64,000 nucleotides of DNA from an uncultured bacterium (lineage in GTDB: Bacteria; Chlamydiota; Chlamydiia; Chlamydiales; SM23-39). A program made the translations under genes and the position numbers. Each line of letters opens with the position of its first letter. Positions within the stretch are counted from its first letter, which is position 1. Of the stretch, positions 10,047-19,778 are shown piece by piece. The notes under the pieces are model-generated. The model did not search any database. It was given only the letters and a program-made list of their open reading frames with translations, and was not told the origin of the DNA. The stretch lies in assembly GCA_963716985.1 (NCBI GenBank), contig OY970323.1, positions 768,001-832,000 on the forward strand, in the 5' to 3' direction.

Positions 10047-10089
10047 TTTGTCCTTGACCACAGTCGAGGCAAAGAATCGTTAAAAGAAG

Positions 10090-10117
10090 AAAGCCAACCA
10101 TTAGGGTTGGCTTTTTT
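10090..10117. terminator. Intrinsic (probably bidirectional) terminator
   Basis: AAAGCCAACC-attag-GGTTGGCTTT with T-run downstream and A-rich run upstream. Confidence 0.8.
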
Positions 10118-10285
10118 ATTGTCCGTATTTTTGCCATGACATTCGTTGCAGACGTTTAAGGGGGATTTTGATTCCTTGGCCAATTGCCCGCCTCTCCTGA
10201 GGGCGTTGTAGGGGATGGCGACGTCCAAAAGAGATTTGGTGTCATAGTTGAGAAGGCGTTTTTCCGATTCGGTTTGCCACTGTTG
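10101..10285 (-). pseudogene. Decayed duplicate of the 3' end of the efflux outer-membrane-factor gene
   Basis: Translates to ...DVAIPYNALRRGGQLAKESKSPLNVCNECHGKNTDNKK, versus DVVILYKALGGGWQSAKESQSLLNVCKEYTGKNTDNKK in 11146..12684. Confidence 0.85.
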
Positions 10286-10489
10286 AATAAAAATTTTTTA
10301 TTATTATTGTTTTTTTTGTCTCCAAGCACATCTCAGGATAATTTGTAAAAACAATTTTTTTTATTAACTATATCTTCATTGTTTATTTGTTAATTTTTTT
10401 TAAAACACAAGTTCTCTTGACTATATGTTTGTTGTTTGCTATTCTTTATTAAGAAATAGCCAAAAACCAACAATAAAAGGGGTTTTTTT

Positions 10490-11092
10490 ATGTCAAGTAT
10501 AGCAAATAAACTTAATTTTTTAGGGCCTCTCGCGGGTTCTTCCTGGACAAATCCTTGGTACCGTCCATTTACGCCACAAGCAGAAAAAGCAGGCATGTCT
10601 TATGGATTGCATGCGGCAACGGATCTTTTACGTCGTGCGAACAATATGAAAGACGGATATGTTAAAACCATGGCGAAAGTATTTGCCGTTGCTATCGACT
10701 GTTTCACATCGATCTTCGGCAATCCGGTTGCTCTCTTGTATAACGGTACAATTGGAGCTGCTAGAAACATGCTCATTCGTAGGGACAATAGAAAAAGTGA
10801 AAGAAAAGTCCTAGAAGCGAGAACATCTTGGAAGCCTACTTCTTATAGAGCGTTTGCTACTTATACTGTTTTAGCCGCTGCTGGAATTGTTCTGGCTGTT
10901 GCAGCAATGAAAATGAATGCTACACACACTACACCTTCTAATAATACTACATACACTATACCTTCTAATAATACTACACTTCCTACGCCTCCTAAGACTC
11001 TGTGTGTACCTAAAACTACATGCTCGAGACCTCATTGGTATTCATCACTTTTTACTACCAAATGTGTAACAACTGTGTGCCCAAAAGTATAA
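10490..11092 (+). CDS. Orphan membrane protein, copy 2
   Basis: 200 aa, about 10 residue differences from 9444..10046. Confidence 0.85.
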   Translation: MSSIANKLNFLGPLAGSSWTNPWYRPFTPQAEKAGMSYGLHAATDLLRRANNMKDGYVKTMAKVFAVAIDCFTSIFGNPVALLYNGTIGAARNMLIRRDNRKSERKVLEARTSWKPTSYRAFATYTVLAAAGIVLAVAAMKMNATHTTPSNNTTYTIPSNNTTLPTPPKTLCVPKTTCSRPHWYSSLFTTKCVTTVCPKV

Positions 11093-11135
11093 TTTGTCCT
11101 TGAGCACAGTCGAGGCAAAGAATCGTTAAAAGAAG

Positions 11136-11163
11136 AAAGCCAACCTTAGGGTTGGCTTTTTTT
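11136..11163. terminator. Bidirectional terminator overlapping the stop codon of the outer-membrane-factor gene
   Basis: AAAGCCAACC-ttag-GGTTGGCTTT followed by T-run. Confidence 0.8.
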
Positions 11164-12684
11164 ATTGTCCGTGTTTTTGCCTGTATATTCTTTGCAAACG
11201 TTTAAGAGGGATTGTGATTCCTTGGCCGATTGCCAGCCTCCCCCGAGGGCTTTATAGAGGATCACGACGTCCAAAAGAGATTTGGTATCATAGTTGAGAA
11301 GGATTTTTTCCGACTCGATCAGCTTCTGTTCGGCAGTGAGATAATCGATCACGTTCACGAGGCCCTTTGTATAGCGCGCATTGGAGAGGTCTGCAAAATT
11401 TAGGTTTTTTTCTACGCTCATTTTTTGATTTTTAGAGGTAGACAGATCCTCTTGATAGTTTTTTATGGCGCTTTCCGTTTCGGAAAGAGCGTTCAAGATG
11501 GTTTGCTGATAGGTATAGGCCGTCATAGCCGTTTCGGCTCTTGCAACTTTTAGATTGCCCACGAGCTTTCCTCCTTTAAAAATAGGAAGGTTGATATCTC
11601 CCCCGTACATCCAAGTCTTGCTGGGCAGTTGAAAAAAATTGCTCAGCTTTAAAGATTGAAGACCGGCATCTAGCCCTAAGACAATCGTGGGGTAAAAATC
11701 AGCAACGGCCACTCCGATGTTGGCAACGGCCTCAGCGAGATCCCTTTCTGCTTTTCGGATGTCCGGACGGCGTCGCAAAAGATCGGACCTGATCCCGATT
11801 GCAATGGCAACGGGTGCTTGAGGCAGAGGTTTTTCTAAGAGAAGCTCTTTTGTAAAGGTTTCGGGCAGCTCTCCTGTAAGAGTAGAAAGTGTATAGATAG
11901 ACTGATAGATTTGAGCGATCAAAATGGGCAGATCCGCCCGAGCGGCTGCCAGCTCTGCTTCAAAGCTGTCTAGATCGAGAAGATTTTTGTATCCATCTTG
12001 GTAGCTTTTTTTCAGCACACTTACGCTTTGCTCGAGAATGGAAATGTTCTTTTCTACCAAATTTTTCTGTTTTTGAAAGCTTCTGATTTCGATGTAATTT
12101 CTCGCAATTTCTCCCATCACGGAAATGAGTATGTCGTTTCTCTGTTCGATCGAGCTGCCGATGGCGGCAGAAGCTGCTTGCACCGATCTTCGGGTTTTGC
12201 CGAAGAGATCGAGTTCCCACGATACGTCGAAAAGCGCATTGAACAGATTTTGGATCTGAAAAGCGTGTGCTGTCGGAGCCGCAGCTCCTGCTTCCGTGAC
12301 GATGGGTCCATTTTTACTATATTCGGTTCTCGATCCATTGGCATCAAAACCTACTTGGGGATAGAATTTTGAGGCTGCCACTTGGCGTTGCGCTCTTGCT
12401 TTCAGGATGTTGGCCTCTGCTCTGAGCAGATCTTTATTGTTTTCCATTCCACGCTCTATGTATTTGGTGAGCAGAGGGTCTTGAAACACTGTCCACCACG
12501 CTGCGCTGGGCTCTTCTTTTAAGAAAGAGACCTCCGGGCTATTTTCTTCCTGCCAGTCTTTGGAAATATTGTTGGCGGGTTTTTTGTAGTTAGGGCCGAC
12601 CATACACCCGCTCATCGCAGCGCTGAAAGAAATGAGCATGCAGGTGATTTTCAAAGAATGTTTTTTGATAGAATTGAGCTTCAT
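11146..12684 (-). CDS. Efflux outer membrane factor lipoprotein (NodT/OprM family)
   Basis: Lipobox MSGC-MVGPNY, WWTVFQDP, SWELDLFG, LLRRRPDIR, LYKALGGGW. Confidence 0.95.
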   Translation of the reverse strand: MKLNSIKKHSLKITCMLISFSAAMSGCMVGPNYKKPANNISKDWQEENSPEVSFLKEEPSAAWWTVFQDPLLTKYIERGMENNKDLLRAEANILKARAQRQVAASKFYPQVGFDANGSRTEYSKNGPIVTEAGAAAPTAHAFQIQNLFNALFDVSWELDLFGKTRRSVQAASAAIGSSIEQRNDILISVMGEIARNYIEIRSFQKQKNLVEKNISILEQSVSVLKKSYQDGYKNLLDLDSFEAELAAARADLPILIAQIYQSIYTLSTLTGELPETFTKELLLEKPLPQAPVAIAIGIRSDLLRRRPDIRKAERDLAEAVANIGVAVADFYPTIVLGLDAGLQSLKLSNFFQLPSKTWMYGGDINLPIFKGGKLVGNLKVARAETAMTAYTYQQTILNALSETESAIKNYQEDLSTSKNQKMSVEKNLNFADLSNARYTKGLVNVIDYLTAEQKLIESEKILLNYDTKSLLDVVILYKALGGGWQSAKESQSLLNVCKEYTGKNTDNKKSQP

Positions 12685-13790
12685 TCCAATCTCCTTCGGA
12701 AAAAAAAGCCGGAAAATACAATGTTAAAAAAGCCGATCACAACCATCGGCCATAGATTGCTGAGCACAATGCCAAGCGGCATCTGTTTGAAAAAAATGCC
12801 CTTGGAAATGACCAGCATGTATTTCATGGGAATCAAATAGGTGATCGGCTGCAGCCAAGCGGGCATGTTCTCGATGGGTGTTGCAAATCCGGACAAGATG
12901 ACGGCGGGCGTGAGGAAGAGAAAACTGCCAAGAAGCGCTTGCTGCTGTGTTCTCGATAGAGAAGAGATAAAGAGTCCGATTCCGCTGATGGAAGCAACAA
13001 AGATGAGCAAACTGAAGAGGTATAGGAGAATTGATCCCGTGAAGGGTACCTGCAGAATGAGAGTGCCGATTGACAGCATCGCGCATCCTTCGATGCTGGC
13101 GATCAGTATGCCGGGAAGGATTTTGCCGATGACAATTTCAATCGGGACCAGAGGGGAGACCAGAAGCTGGTCGAAAGTGCCGAGCTCTCTTTCGCGGGCC
13201 ACCGATTGCCCGGTAACCACAAGGCAGGTTACCATGGACAAAAGCACGACAAGAGAGGCGATATTGTACCAATAGTAGATGATGTTTGGATTGTACCAGT
13301 TTCTAGGCTCCAGCCGGACGTTTTCTTGAAAGATCTCTTCTCTGGCCTCGATATCATTATTGAACTGATAGAGAATGCTTGTTGCATAGCCCGCTAAAAT
13401 CTGTGCCGTGTTGGATTTTCTTCCATCCATGATGAGCTGCACATTGGCAGGCTTTCTTGCGTCGAGATTGCGGGAAAACTGTTCATCGATCGACACAACC
13501 ATTACTCCTTTTTGATTGTCGATAAAGGGAGCGATCTCTTCGACTCCCTTCAAATAGATGATGCGGCTGAAGATGGGAGATCCTTGGAATCGCTCCGTGA
13601 GCTCAAATCCCTGCTCTCCATTGTCGCGATTCAAAATGCCGATGGGAACGTTTTTTACGTCGAGTGTGGCCGCATAGGCAAAAATCAAGAGTTGCACGAG
13701 AGGAGGAAGGAAAATGGAGAATCGGCTTTTCGGATCGCGCAAAACGGCTAAAATTTCTTTCCAAATCAGAGATCGAATGCGATTCCACAT
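12681..13790 (-). CDS. ybhR: ABC-2 permease, YbhR-like
   Basis: KEILAVLRDPKSR, RERELGTFDQLLVSPL, LSGFATPIENMP. Confidence 0.9.
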   Translation of the reverse strand: MWNRIRSLIWKEILAVLRDPKSRFSIFLPPLVQLLIFAYAATLDVKNVPIGILNRDNGEQGFELTERFQGSPIFSRIIYLKGVEEIAPFIDNQKGVMVVSIDEQFSRNLDARKPANVQLIMDGRKSNTAQILAGYATSILYQFNNDIEAREEIFQENVRLEPRNWYNPNIIYYWYNIASLVVLLSMVTCLVVTGQSVARERELGTFDQLLVSPLVPIEIVIGKILPGILIASIEGCAMLSIGTLILQVPFTGSILLYLFSLLIFVASISGIGLFISSLSRTQQQALLGSFLFLTPAVILSGFATPIENMPAWLQPITYLIPMKYMLVISKGIFFKQMPLGIVLSNLWPMVVIGFFNIVFSGFFFRRRLE

Positions 13791-13791
13791 A

Positions 13792-14967
13792 TCAGTCCAG
13801 CCTTTTCACTGTTTTCCGAGCCACGAAAAGCAAAAAAACAACTCCGATAAAGGTCATGACGGCCATATTGTAGAAGAACATCGACCAGACATTGCCGACC
13901 AGAAAGATGGTTTGCAGGCATTGGACAAAGTATTTTGCGGGAATCAGATAGGTGAACAGTTGAATCGGAAAGGGCATGCTGTAGATTTCGAAAAGAAATC
14001 CGGACAAGATATAGGAGGGCATGAAGGCGGCAATCAGTGCAATTTGCGAGGCGATCATCTGGTTTTTGGCAAGCGTTGATACCAAAAGGCCAAATCCAAG
14101 CGCCGTGAATAGGAATATAGATGAAATGAGTCCAAGCACGAGATAGGACCCGCGCATCGGAAGTCCAAATCCTAAGACCGAGATGGCGGTGCAAAGGGCC
14201 ATGGAAAGCATTCCCAGAAAAAAGTAGGGAATGATTTTTCCGAGAACGAGCTCTACGATTCCAACGGGCGTGGACATCATCGATTCCATCGTTCCTCTCT
14301 CCCATTCTTTGGCGACGACCATCGCCGTTAAAAGCGTGCCGATCAGAGTCATGATAATGGCTAAAGCTCCCGAGAGGAGAAAATAACGGCTCTCCAGCTC
14401 TTCATTGTACCAATATCGTGGCTGTGGGTTGATCAGCGGATATCCGTGAAAATTGCGCGTCAGCACCTCCTGCTGCATCCAGTTTTGAAAAACTCCTTGC
14501 GCATAATTTTGTACGAAATTTGCCGTATTGGGCTCGCTGCCGTCGCCAACGACCTGGATGGGGGCAACTCGATCGGATCGATGTCTAAAAGCGGAAAAAT
14601 AGGAGGGAACAACGATGAATCCCCGAATGTCTCCTCGAATGATTGCGTCCCCGAGCTCGCCTCTCTGGCGGACCATTGTGACGTCGAAGTAGCGAGAATC
14701 GGTGATCGATTTTGCAAAGCTCTGCACATCGGGCGCCGTATCTTCTAACACGAGGCCGATGCGCAGGTGGTTCATATCTAAGGAAACGCCATAGGCATAT
14801 AAAAAAAGCAAAAGTATGGGCAAAAAAATGCTAATCAGGAAAGTGCTTGGATCCCGAAGCATTTGAAACGCTTCTTTTTTGATCAAGGCCCTCAGCCGTC
14901 GTTTACGGCCCTTCGAGAGTTCTTTTAAAAGTGGGTCAGAGGGGGTTTTTTGCATCATGCTCTTCAA
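13792..14967 (-). CDS. ybhS: ABC-2 permease, YbhS-like
   Basis: KEAFQMLRDPST, DGSEPNTANFV, KEWERGTMES. Confidence 0.9.
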   Translation of the reverse strand: MKSMMQKTPSDPLLKELSKGRKRRLRALIKKEAFQMLRDPSTFLISIFLPILLLFLYAYGVSLDMNHLRIGLVLEDTAPDVQSFAKSITDSRYFDVTMVRQRGELGDAIIRGDIRGFIVVPSYFSAFRHRSDRVAPIQVVGDGSEPNTANFVQNYAQGVFQNWMQQEVLTRNFHGYPLINPQPRYWYNEELESRYFLLSGALAIIMTLIGTLLTAMVVAKEWERGTMESMMSTPVGIVELVLGKIIPYFFLGMLSMALCTAISVLGFGLPMRGSYLVLGLISSIFLFTALGFGLLVSTLAKNQMIASQIALIAAFMPSYILSGFLFEIYSMPFPIQLFTYLIPAKYFVQCLQTIFLVGNVWSMFFYNMAVMTFIGVVFLLFVARKTVKRLD

Positions 14968-16669
14968 TTAGTTTGATGAACGCGTCTTTTAATGTTGGAT
15001 TGGGATTTTCTTCTGTTTTGGAAACATCCTTCAAATCATCGGGATTTCCCATATAAACGATTTTGCTTCGATAGACGAGAGCGATGCGATCGCAATATTC
15101 TGCCTCGTCCATGAAGTGGGTGGTGACCATAACCGTAATGCCCTTTTCCACAAGGGCATTGATGTGGTTCCAAAATTCTCTTCGAGTCAACGGATCGACG
15201 CCCGAGGTGGGCTCGTCTAAGAACAAAATTTCCGGGCGGTGCATGCAGGAACAGGCCAGGGCAAGCCGTTGCTTGAAGCCGAGAGGCAAAGATTCCGCTG
15301 TAGTATTGAGATATGGATCGAAGTTGAAAATGTGGATCATCTCGTCGATTGCCTTTTTTTGTGTGGGTCCGGAGAGGTTGTAGACGCCGGAAAAAAAGAT
15401 CAGATTTTGCATCACGCTCAAGCTGCCGTAGAGAGAAAATTTTTGCGCCATATAACCGATTTGCGCGCGCGCTTTCCCCGGAGCTTTTTGCAAATCCAGA
15501 TCATTCACCGAAGCTTTTCCTTCTGTGGGTTTGAGCAGTCCGCACATCATTTTAAAAGTGGTCGACTTCCCGGCGCCGTTGGGACCGAGCAGGCCGAAAA
15601 TTTCTCCTCTCCGTATTTGAAAGGAGATTTGCGAGGCGGCGGTAAAAGAGCCAAATTTTTTCGTAAGATTTTCTGTGACTATGACGATTTTGGATTTGTT
15701 GTTGATCGAAGGAAGTAGAGTCGCAAGTTCTGATTTTCCTCCGGGACCTCCTCCTAAAATATCGATGAAGGCATCCTCAAACCTTGGGGCGGCATCTTCC
15801 AGCTTCGCATCGCCATTGACATGGAGTTCTCGAATGTTGAAAGAAGAGGGATCGGGGATTTTTAGCACAACGCGGACGTCTTTGCCTTGAATGACTCCAT
15901 CGATCACGTTTTTTTGGCACAGAGCTTTGGACAAAACTTGGCGGCGCCCTTTTGCGATGTTAGTGATTTTAAAGACGCGGCCCTCGACTCTTCTTGTCAG
16001 ATCCTGCGGCCTGCCACTATAGAGCAGATGCCCTTCATTTAATAAAAGGACGGTATTGCACTCTTCGGCCTCATCCAAATAGGAGGTGCTCCACAAAACC
16101 GTGATGCCCTGGTGCAAAAGATCTTGGACCATCTTCCAGAGCTCTTTTCTGGAAACGGGGTCTACGCCGGCGCTGGGCTCGTCTAATAGCAAAAGCTTTG
16201 GTTTTCGGAGAAGGGCGCAGGCAAGTCCGAGTTTTTGCTTCATACCGCCCGAAAGATCGCCTGCGAGTCTTTTGGTAAAAGGCTCAAGATTGGTAAATTT
16301 TAAGAGTTGTTTAAAGGAGGCGATGCGCTTTTCCCCGACGACTCCGCTCAAATCGGCATAGAGATTTAGATTTTGGAGAACCGTCAAATCTTCGTAGAGG
16401 CCGAATTTTTGGGGCATATAGCCTGTCAGATAGTGGATATGATTGGAATCCTTGATGCTGTCATGCCCCTGAACGGTAATATGGCCCTGCGTGGGCAGTA
16501 AAAGTCCGGCCATCAGGCGGATCAAAGTGGTTTTTCCGGCGCCGTCCGGCCCTACGAGTCCTACGATTTCGCCCTTTGGAATGGAGGCGGTAATTTCTTT
16601 TAGCGCAGGCGTTAATTGGGAGGAAAATTGCTTGGAAAGGTTGTGAATTTGGACGAAATCCTCACTCAC
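14936..16669 (-). CDS. ybhF: Dual-domain ABC ATPase, YbhF-like
   Basis: Two Walker A motifs (GPDGAGKTT, GPNGAGKST), LSGGMKQK, LPLGFKQR, DEPTSGVDP. Confidence 0.93.
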   Translation of the reverse strand: MSEDFVQIHNLSKQFSSQLTPALKEITASIPKGEIVGLVGPDGAGKTTLIRLMAGLLLPTQGHITVQGHDSIKDSNHIHYLTGYMPQKFGLYEDLTVLQNLNLYADLSGVVGEKRIASFKQLLKFTNLEPFTKRLAGDLSGGMKQKLGLACALLRKPKLLLLDEPSAGVDPVSRKELWKMVQDLLHQGITVLWSTSYLDEAEECNTVLLLNEGHLLYSGRPQDLTRRVEGRVFKITNIAKGRRQVLSKALCQKNVIDGVIQGKDVRVVLKIPDPSSFNIRELHVNGDAKLEDAAPRFEDAFIDILGGGPGGKSELATLLPSINNKSKIVIVTENLTKKFGSFTAASQISFQIRRGEIFGLLGPNGAGKSTTFKMMCGLLKPTEGKASVNDLDLQKAPGKARAQIGYMAQKFSLYGSLSVMQNLIFFSGVYNLSGPTQKKAIDEMIHIFNFDPYLNTTAESLPLGFKQRLALACSCMHRPEILFLDEPTSGVDPLTRREFWNHINALVEKGITVMVTTHFMDEAEYCDRIALVYRSKIVYMGNPDDLKDVSKTEENPNPTLKDAFIKLIEEHDAKNPL

Positions 16670-17520
16670 TTGTCCTCCCCTTGATTTTTTTCAATATTCA
16701 GCTTCACCGTGACGGGCATTCCCTGCTTCAGGAAATGATCGGGATTGTCCACGTAGATGCGCAAGCGATAGACAAGGTCGGTGCGCAGAGAGGTTGTTTG
16801 CACTGTTTTTGGCGTGAATTCCGCCTCGGGAGAGATAAAGCCGATCTTCCCTTTATAGATCGGGCCGCCTTTGGTATCGGTGATGATTGCAGCGCTCATG
16901 CCATAATAGATTTGGCCCAAGTGGGGCTCTTCCACATAGGCGCGAATCCAAACGGGAGAGGCGACGGAAAGAGTGTAGACGGGTTCTGATGGCTGCAGGA
17001 CGGATCCCGGCTCTCGTATGCGAGTGAGGATGGTGCCGTCCGTTGGCGCGAATGCTTGCGTGTATCCAAGATTGTCGAGCGCGACTTGTAATTCGGCTTC
17101 TGCCGCAGTTAAATTGGCTGCGAGTGCATCGCGGCTTGCTGTAGCGTCATCCAGATCCTCTTGAGAAACGCCGCCGAGGCCGATCAAATTTTGTCTTCGA
17201 TCGACCAGCACCTCGGCATTTTTCAAATTGACCCGGACTGCCTCTGCATTGGCAGACGCGAGCCGTACCTGGCTGTTATAAGGGGTTTTGTCCAGTTGGG
17301 TCATCAAGGCTCCCTTTGTAACGAAATCTCCTTCTTCAAAAACGAGCTCTTCGACCTGTCCTGGGACGCGGAAGGCGATATCGACCTGCCGCACGTCGAC
17401 GTTCCCATAGAGGAAGAGTTCCTTTTCGTTGCGCAGTGTCTTGGAAAAAAAATAATAGGTGAGGCCAACCGCCCCTGCGATGGAAACCAAAAAAATGAGA
17501 ATGATGAACATGCGCTTCAT
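16666..17520 (-). CDS. ybhG: HlyD-family periplasmic adaptor, YbhG-like
   Basis: LYGNVDVRQVDIAFRV, AEFTPKTVQT, LKQGMPVTV. Confidence 0.9.
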   Translation of the reverse strand: MKRMFIILIFLVSIAGAVGLTYYFFSKTLRNEKELFLYGNVDVRQVDIAFRVPGQVEELVFEEGDFVTKGALMTQLDKTPYNSQVRLASANAEAVRVNLKNAEVLVDRRQNLIGLGGVSQEDLDDATASRDALAANLTAAEAELQVALDNLGYTQAFAPTDGTILTRIREPGSVLQPSEPVYTLSVASPVWIRAYVEEPHLGQIYYGMSAAIITDTKGGPIYKGKIGFISPEAEFTPKTVQTTSLRTDLVYRLRIYVDNPDHFLKQGMPVTVKLNIEKNQGEDK

Positions 17521-17744
17521 CTTAAAATCATGAATGTGTCGACTTAATTGTTCTCATATAAGGATATTAGAATGTTTTCAATGATTTTTTTGCATTTTTT
17601 TTAAGCTTGCTAAAAATGTTTTCGCATTAGATTAAAAAATATCAAGAATGTTGATTGCCGAAAAGATCTCGATTTTTCATTTGTAAATAATCTAAGCAAA
17701 TAATAATTAAAAGAGATGAAGGCAACGTCCCAAGAGGTAGAGGC

Positions 17745-19130
17745 ATCGCGAACCTTTTTGTTAAGAAGACACCCGCCCATCTGAATCGGTCTGCGAAAGA
17801 AGGATCGCTGAAGAAGTGTTTGTCTGCTTTTGATTTGGCGGCGATTGGATTCGGCTCGGTGGTCGGAACGGGAATTTTTGTGGCCACGGGGCAGGGAGCC
17901 CATCTTGCTGGTCCGGCCGTTTTGATCTCTTTTATCATTGCTGCGGTCACGGCGGGGCTTTGTGCTTTAACCTATTCCGAACTCGCTTCCATGTTCCCAT
18001 CGGCCGGAAGTACCTATTCCTATGCCTACGTGGCCTTTGGCGAAATCATTGCCTGGATGATCGGCTGGAACTTGATTCTGGAATATTTAGTCGCGGCAAG
18101 CGCCGTTGCTTCGGCTTGGTCGGCGATTGTTGTGAGTCTTTTGAGAAATGCCGGAATTCCTATTCCAAACCTCATTTCGGATTCACCCCTCGATGGCGGA
18201 ATTGTGGATCTCTTTGCAGTGCTTGTCACTTTTTTTGTGACGGCTCTTTTGTATATTGGCATTAAAGAGAGCGCTCGAGCAAACAACTTGATCGTGATAT
18301 TGAAGATTTTGGTCATCCTTCTATTTGTTGTTTTGGGATTTTCCCATATCGAGCTGCCCCATTTCAAGCCGTTTACTCCTCTTGGATGGCAGGGGGTGAT
18401 GCAGGGAGCTGCGATTATCTTCTTTACCTATTTGGGATTCGATGCAGTTTCTACTGCGTCTGAGGAGACAAGAAATCCCAAACGCGACGTTCCGATGGGA
18501 CTGATGCTCTGTTTGGCTGGTGTGATTGTGATTTATATTTTGGTTGCAATCACTCTTGTAGGAATGGTTCCCTATCAGCTCATCGACGTCAAAAATGCTC
18601 TGCCCTCGGCTCTTGCAAGAGCGGGCATCCAATGGGGAAGCGCCCTTGTGGCGGTTGGCGCCATTGTGGGAATGATTTCCACTCTTCTCATCACGCTTTA
18701 CGGACAGGTCCGCATTTTCATGGTCATGGCGCGAGACGGTCTTCTGCCCAAAACCTTTGCAAAAATTCACCCGCGCTACAAAACGCCTCATATTTGTACG
18801 GTGGTCTCGGGTCTTGTTGCGGCGATCATTGCGGGAGTGCTTCCGCTTCCTTTGATCATTGACCTTTGCAATATCGGCACCCTTTCGGCATTTATCGTGG
18901 TTTCCATCGGCGTGATCGTGCTTCGCAGAACGATGCCCAATTTTGAGAGGAAGTTTCGCTGTCCCGGCGTGCCCTATACTCCTTTGATCACCAGCTTTTT
19001 TTGCCTTTTCCTGATGGTCCATCTACAAAAGATTACCTGGATCAACTTCACACTCTGGCTCATTGTTGGCCTTTTCATCTACTTCTTCTACGGAATGCGC
19101 CGCAGTCACCTGCAAAAAAAACAAAAATAA
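17745..19130 (+). CDS. APC-family amino acid permease (YfnA-like)
   Basis: G.GSVVGTGIFV, YSELASMFPSAGSTYSY, GFDAVSTASEE; the conserved N-terminus extends upstream of the ORF-track start (17820) to an in-frame ATC at 17745. Confidence 0.9.
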   Translation: MANLFVKKTPAHLNRSAKEGSLKKCLSAFDLAAIGFGSVVGTGIFVATGQGAHLAGPAVLISFIIAAVTAGLCALTYSELASMFPSAGSTYSYAYVAFGEIIAWMIGWNLILEYLVAASAVASAWSAIVVSLLRNAGIPIPNLISDSPLDGGIVDLFAVLVTFFVTALLYIGIKESARANNLIVILKILVILLFVVLGFSHIELPHFKPFTPLGWQGVMQGAAIIFFTYLGFDAVSTASEETRNPKRDVPMGLMLCLAGVIVIYILVAITLVGMVPYQLIDVKNALPSALARAGIQWGSALVAVGAIVGMISTLLITLYGQVRIFMVMARDGLLPKTFAKIHPRYKTPHICTVVSGLVAAIIAGVLPLPLIIDLCNIGTLSAFIVVSIGVIVLRRTMPNFERKFRCPGVPYTPLITSFFCLFLMVHLQKITWINFTLWLIVGLFIYFFYGMRRSHLQKKQK

Positions 19131-19297
19131 TCTGAAAAAAATCCGGGGAAAACTCTCCGGACAGAACGAGCTTTTTTCTTTCTTTAAAAATCCCCTTTAT
19201 TTTCTTATCAAATTTTTAAAAAAATCTTTATGAATTGACAAACAAAAATTTATTTTTTACTTTTTTTGCGTTTCAATTTTTCACAAAGGAGGGTGTT

Positions 19298-19702
19298 ATG
19301 GATATTGATGTAATAAGTTCAGATTCGATTCAAGACACAAGCTATGGTGAAGAAGTACAAAAAGAGGATTTCGAAGAAAAAACTTCCTCGATTTCTTCTT
19401 TTGCAAAAAAACGCATTGAGGCGAGTGTGCATCCGGCAGGTTCCTTGAAAGCTCCGGTTGTTTTATGCGCATCGAGTCGAGAAGAGAATCGCAGGGATTG
19501 GGATTGGGAATGGGATGCTGGCTTGGGTTGGGACCATAAAAACGGCGATAGCTTCAAAAATGATCGAAAAGAACTAGATGTTGGAGTGACCGCATCCCAT
19601 AAAAATGAAAAAGGGGATACCGATATGAAAGGTAGTGTGACCTTTGGAAGAGATAATCAGGGGAATATGTCGGGCCGAGTGGATATTGGAAGCAAATATT
19701 AA
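19298..19702 (+). CDS. Hypothetical protein, Ser-rich N-terminus and Gly-rich beta-strand C-terminus
   Basis: AGGAGG RBS before ATG 19298; followed by a terminator hairpin. Confidence 0.7.
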   Translation: MDIDVISSDSIQDTSYGEEVQKEDFEEKTSSISSFAKKRIEASVHPAGSLKAPVVLCASSREENRRDWDWEWDAGLGWDHKNGDSFKNDRKELDVGVTASHKNEKGDTDMKGSVTFGRDNQGNMSGRVDIGSKY

Positions 19703-19721
19703 TTTCCGATTGAACTGAAAA

Positions 19722-19751
19722 ATTTAGGGGTGAATGATTTCACCCCTAAAT
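19722..19751. terminator. Perfect 13-bp stem-loop
   Basis: ATTTAGGGGTGAA-tgat-TTCACCCCTAAAT. Confidence 0.7.
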
Positions 19752-19778
19752 GGAATCAAAAAAAGGAGAGGAAAATAG

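Larger units (their letters stand above)
9297..11317. repeat. Tandem duplication, unit about 1046 bp (approx. 9297-10271 and 10341-11317)
   Basis: Promoter, 200-aa CDS, terminator and the 3' end of the outer-membrane-factor gene all recur at an offset of 1044-1046. Confidence 0.95.
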
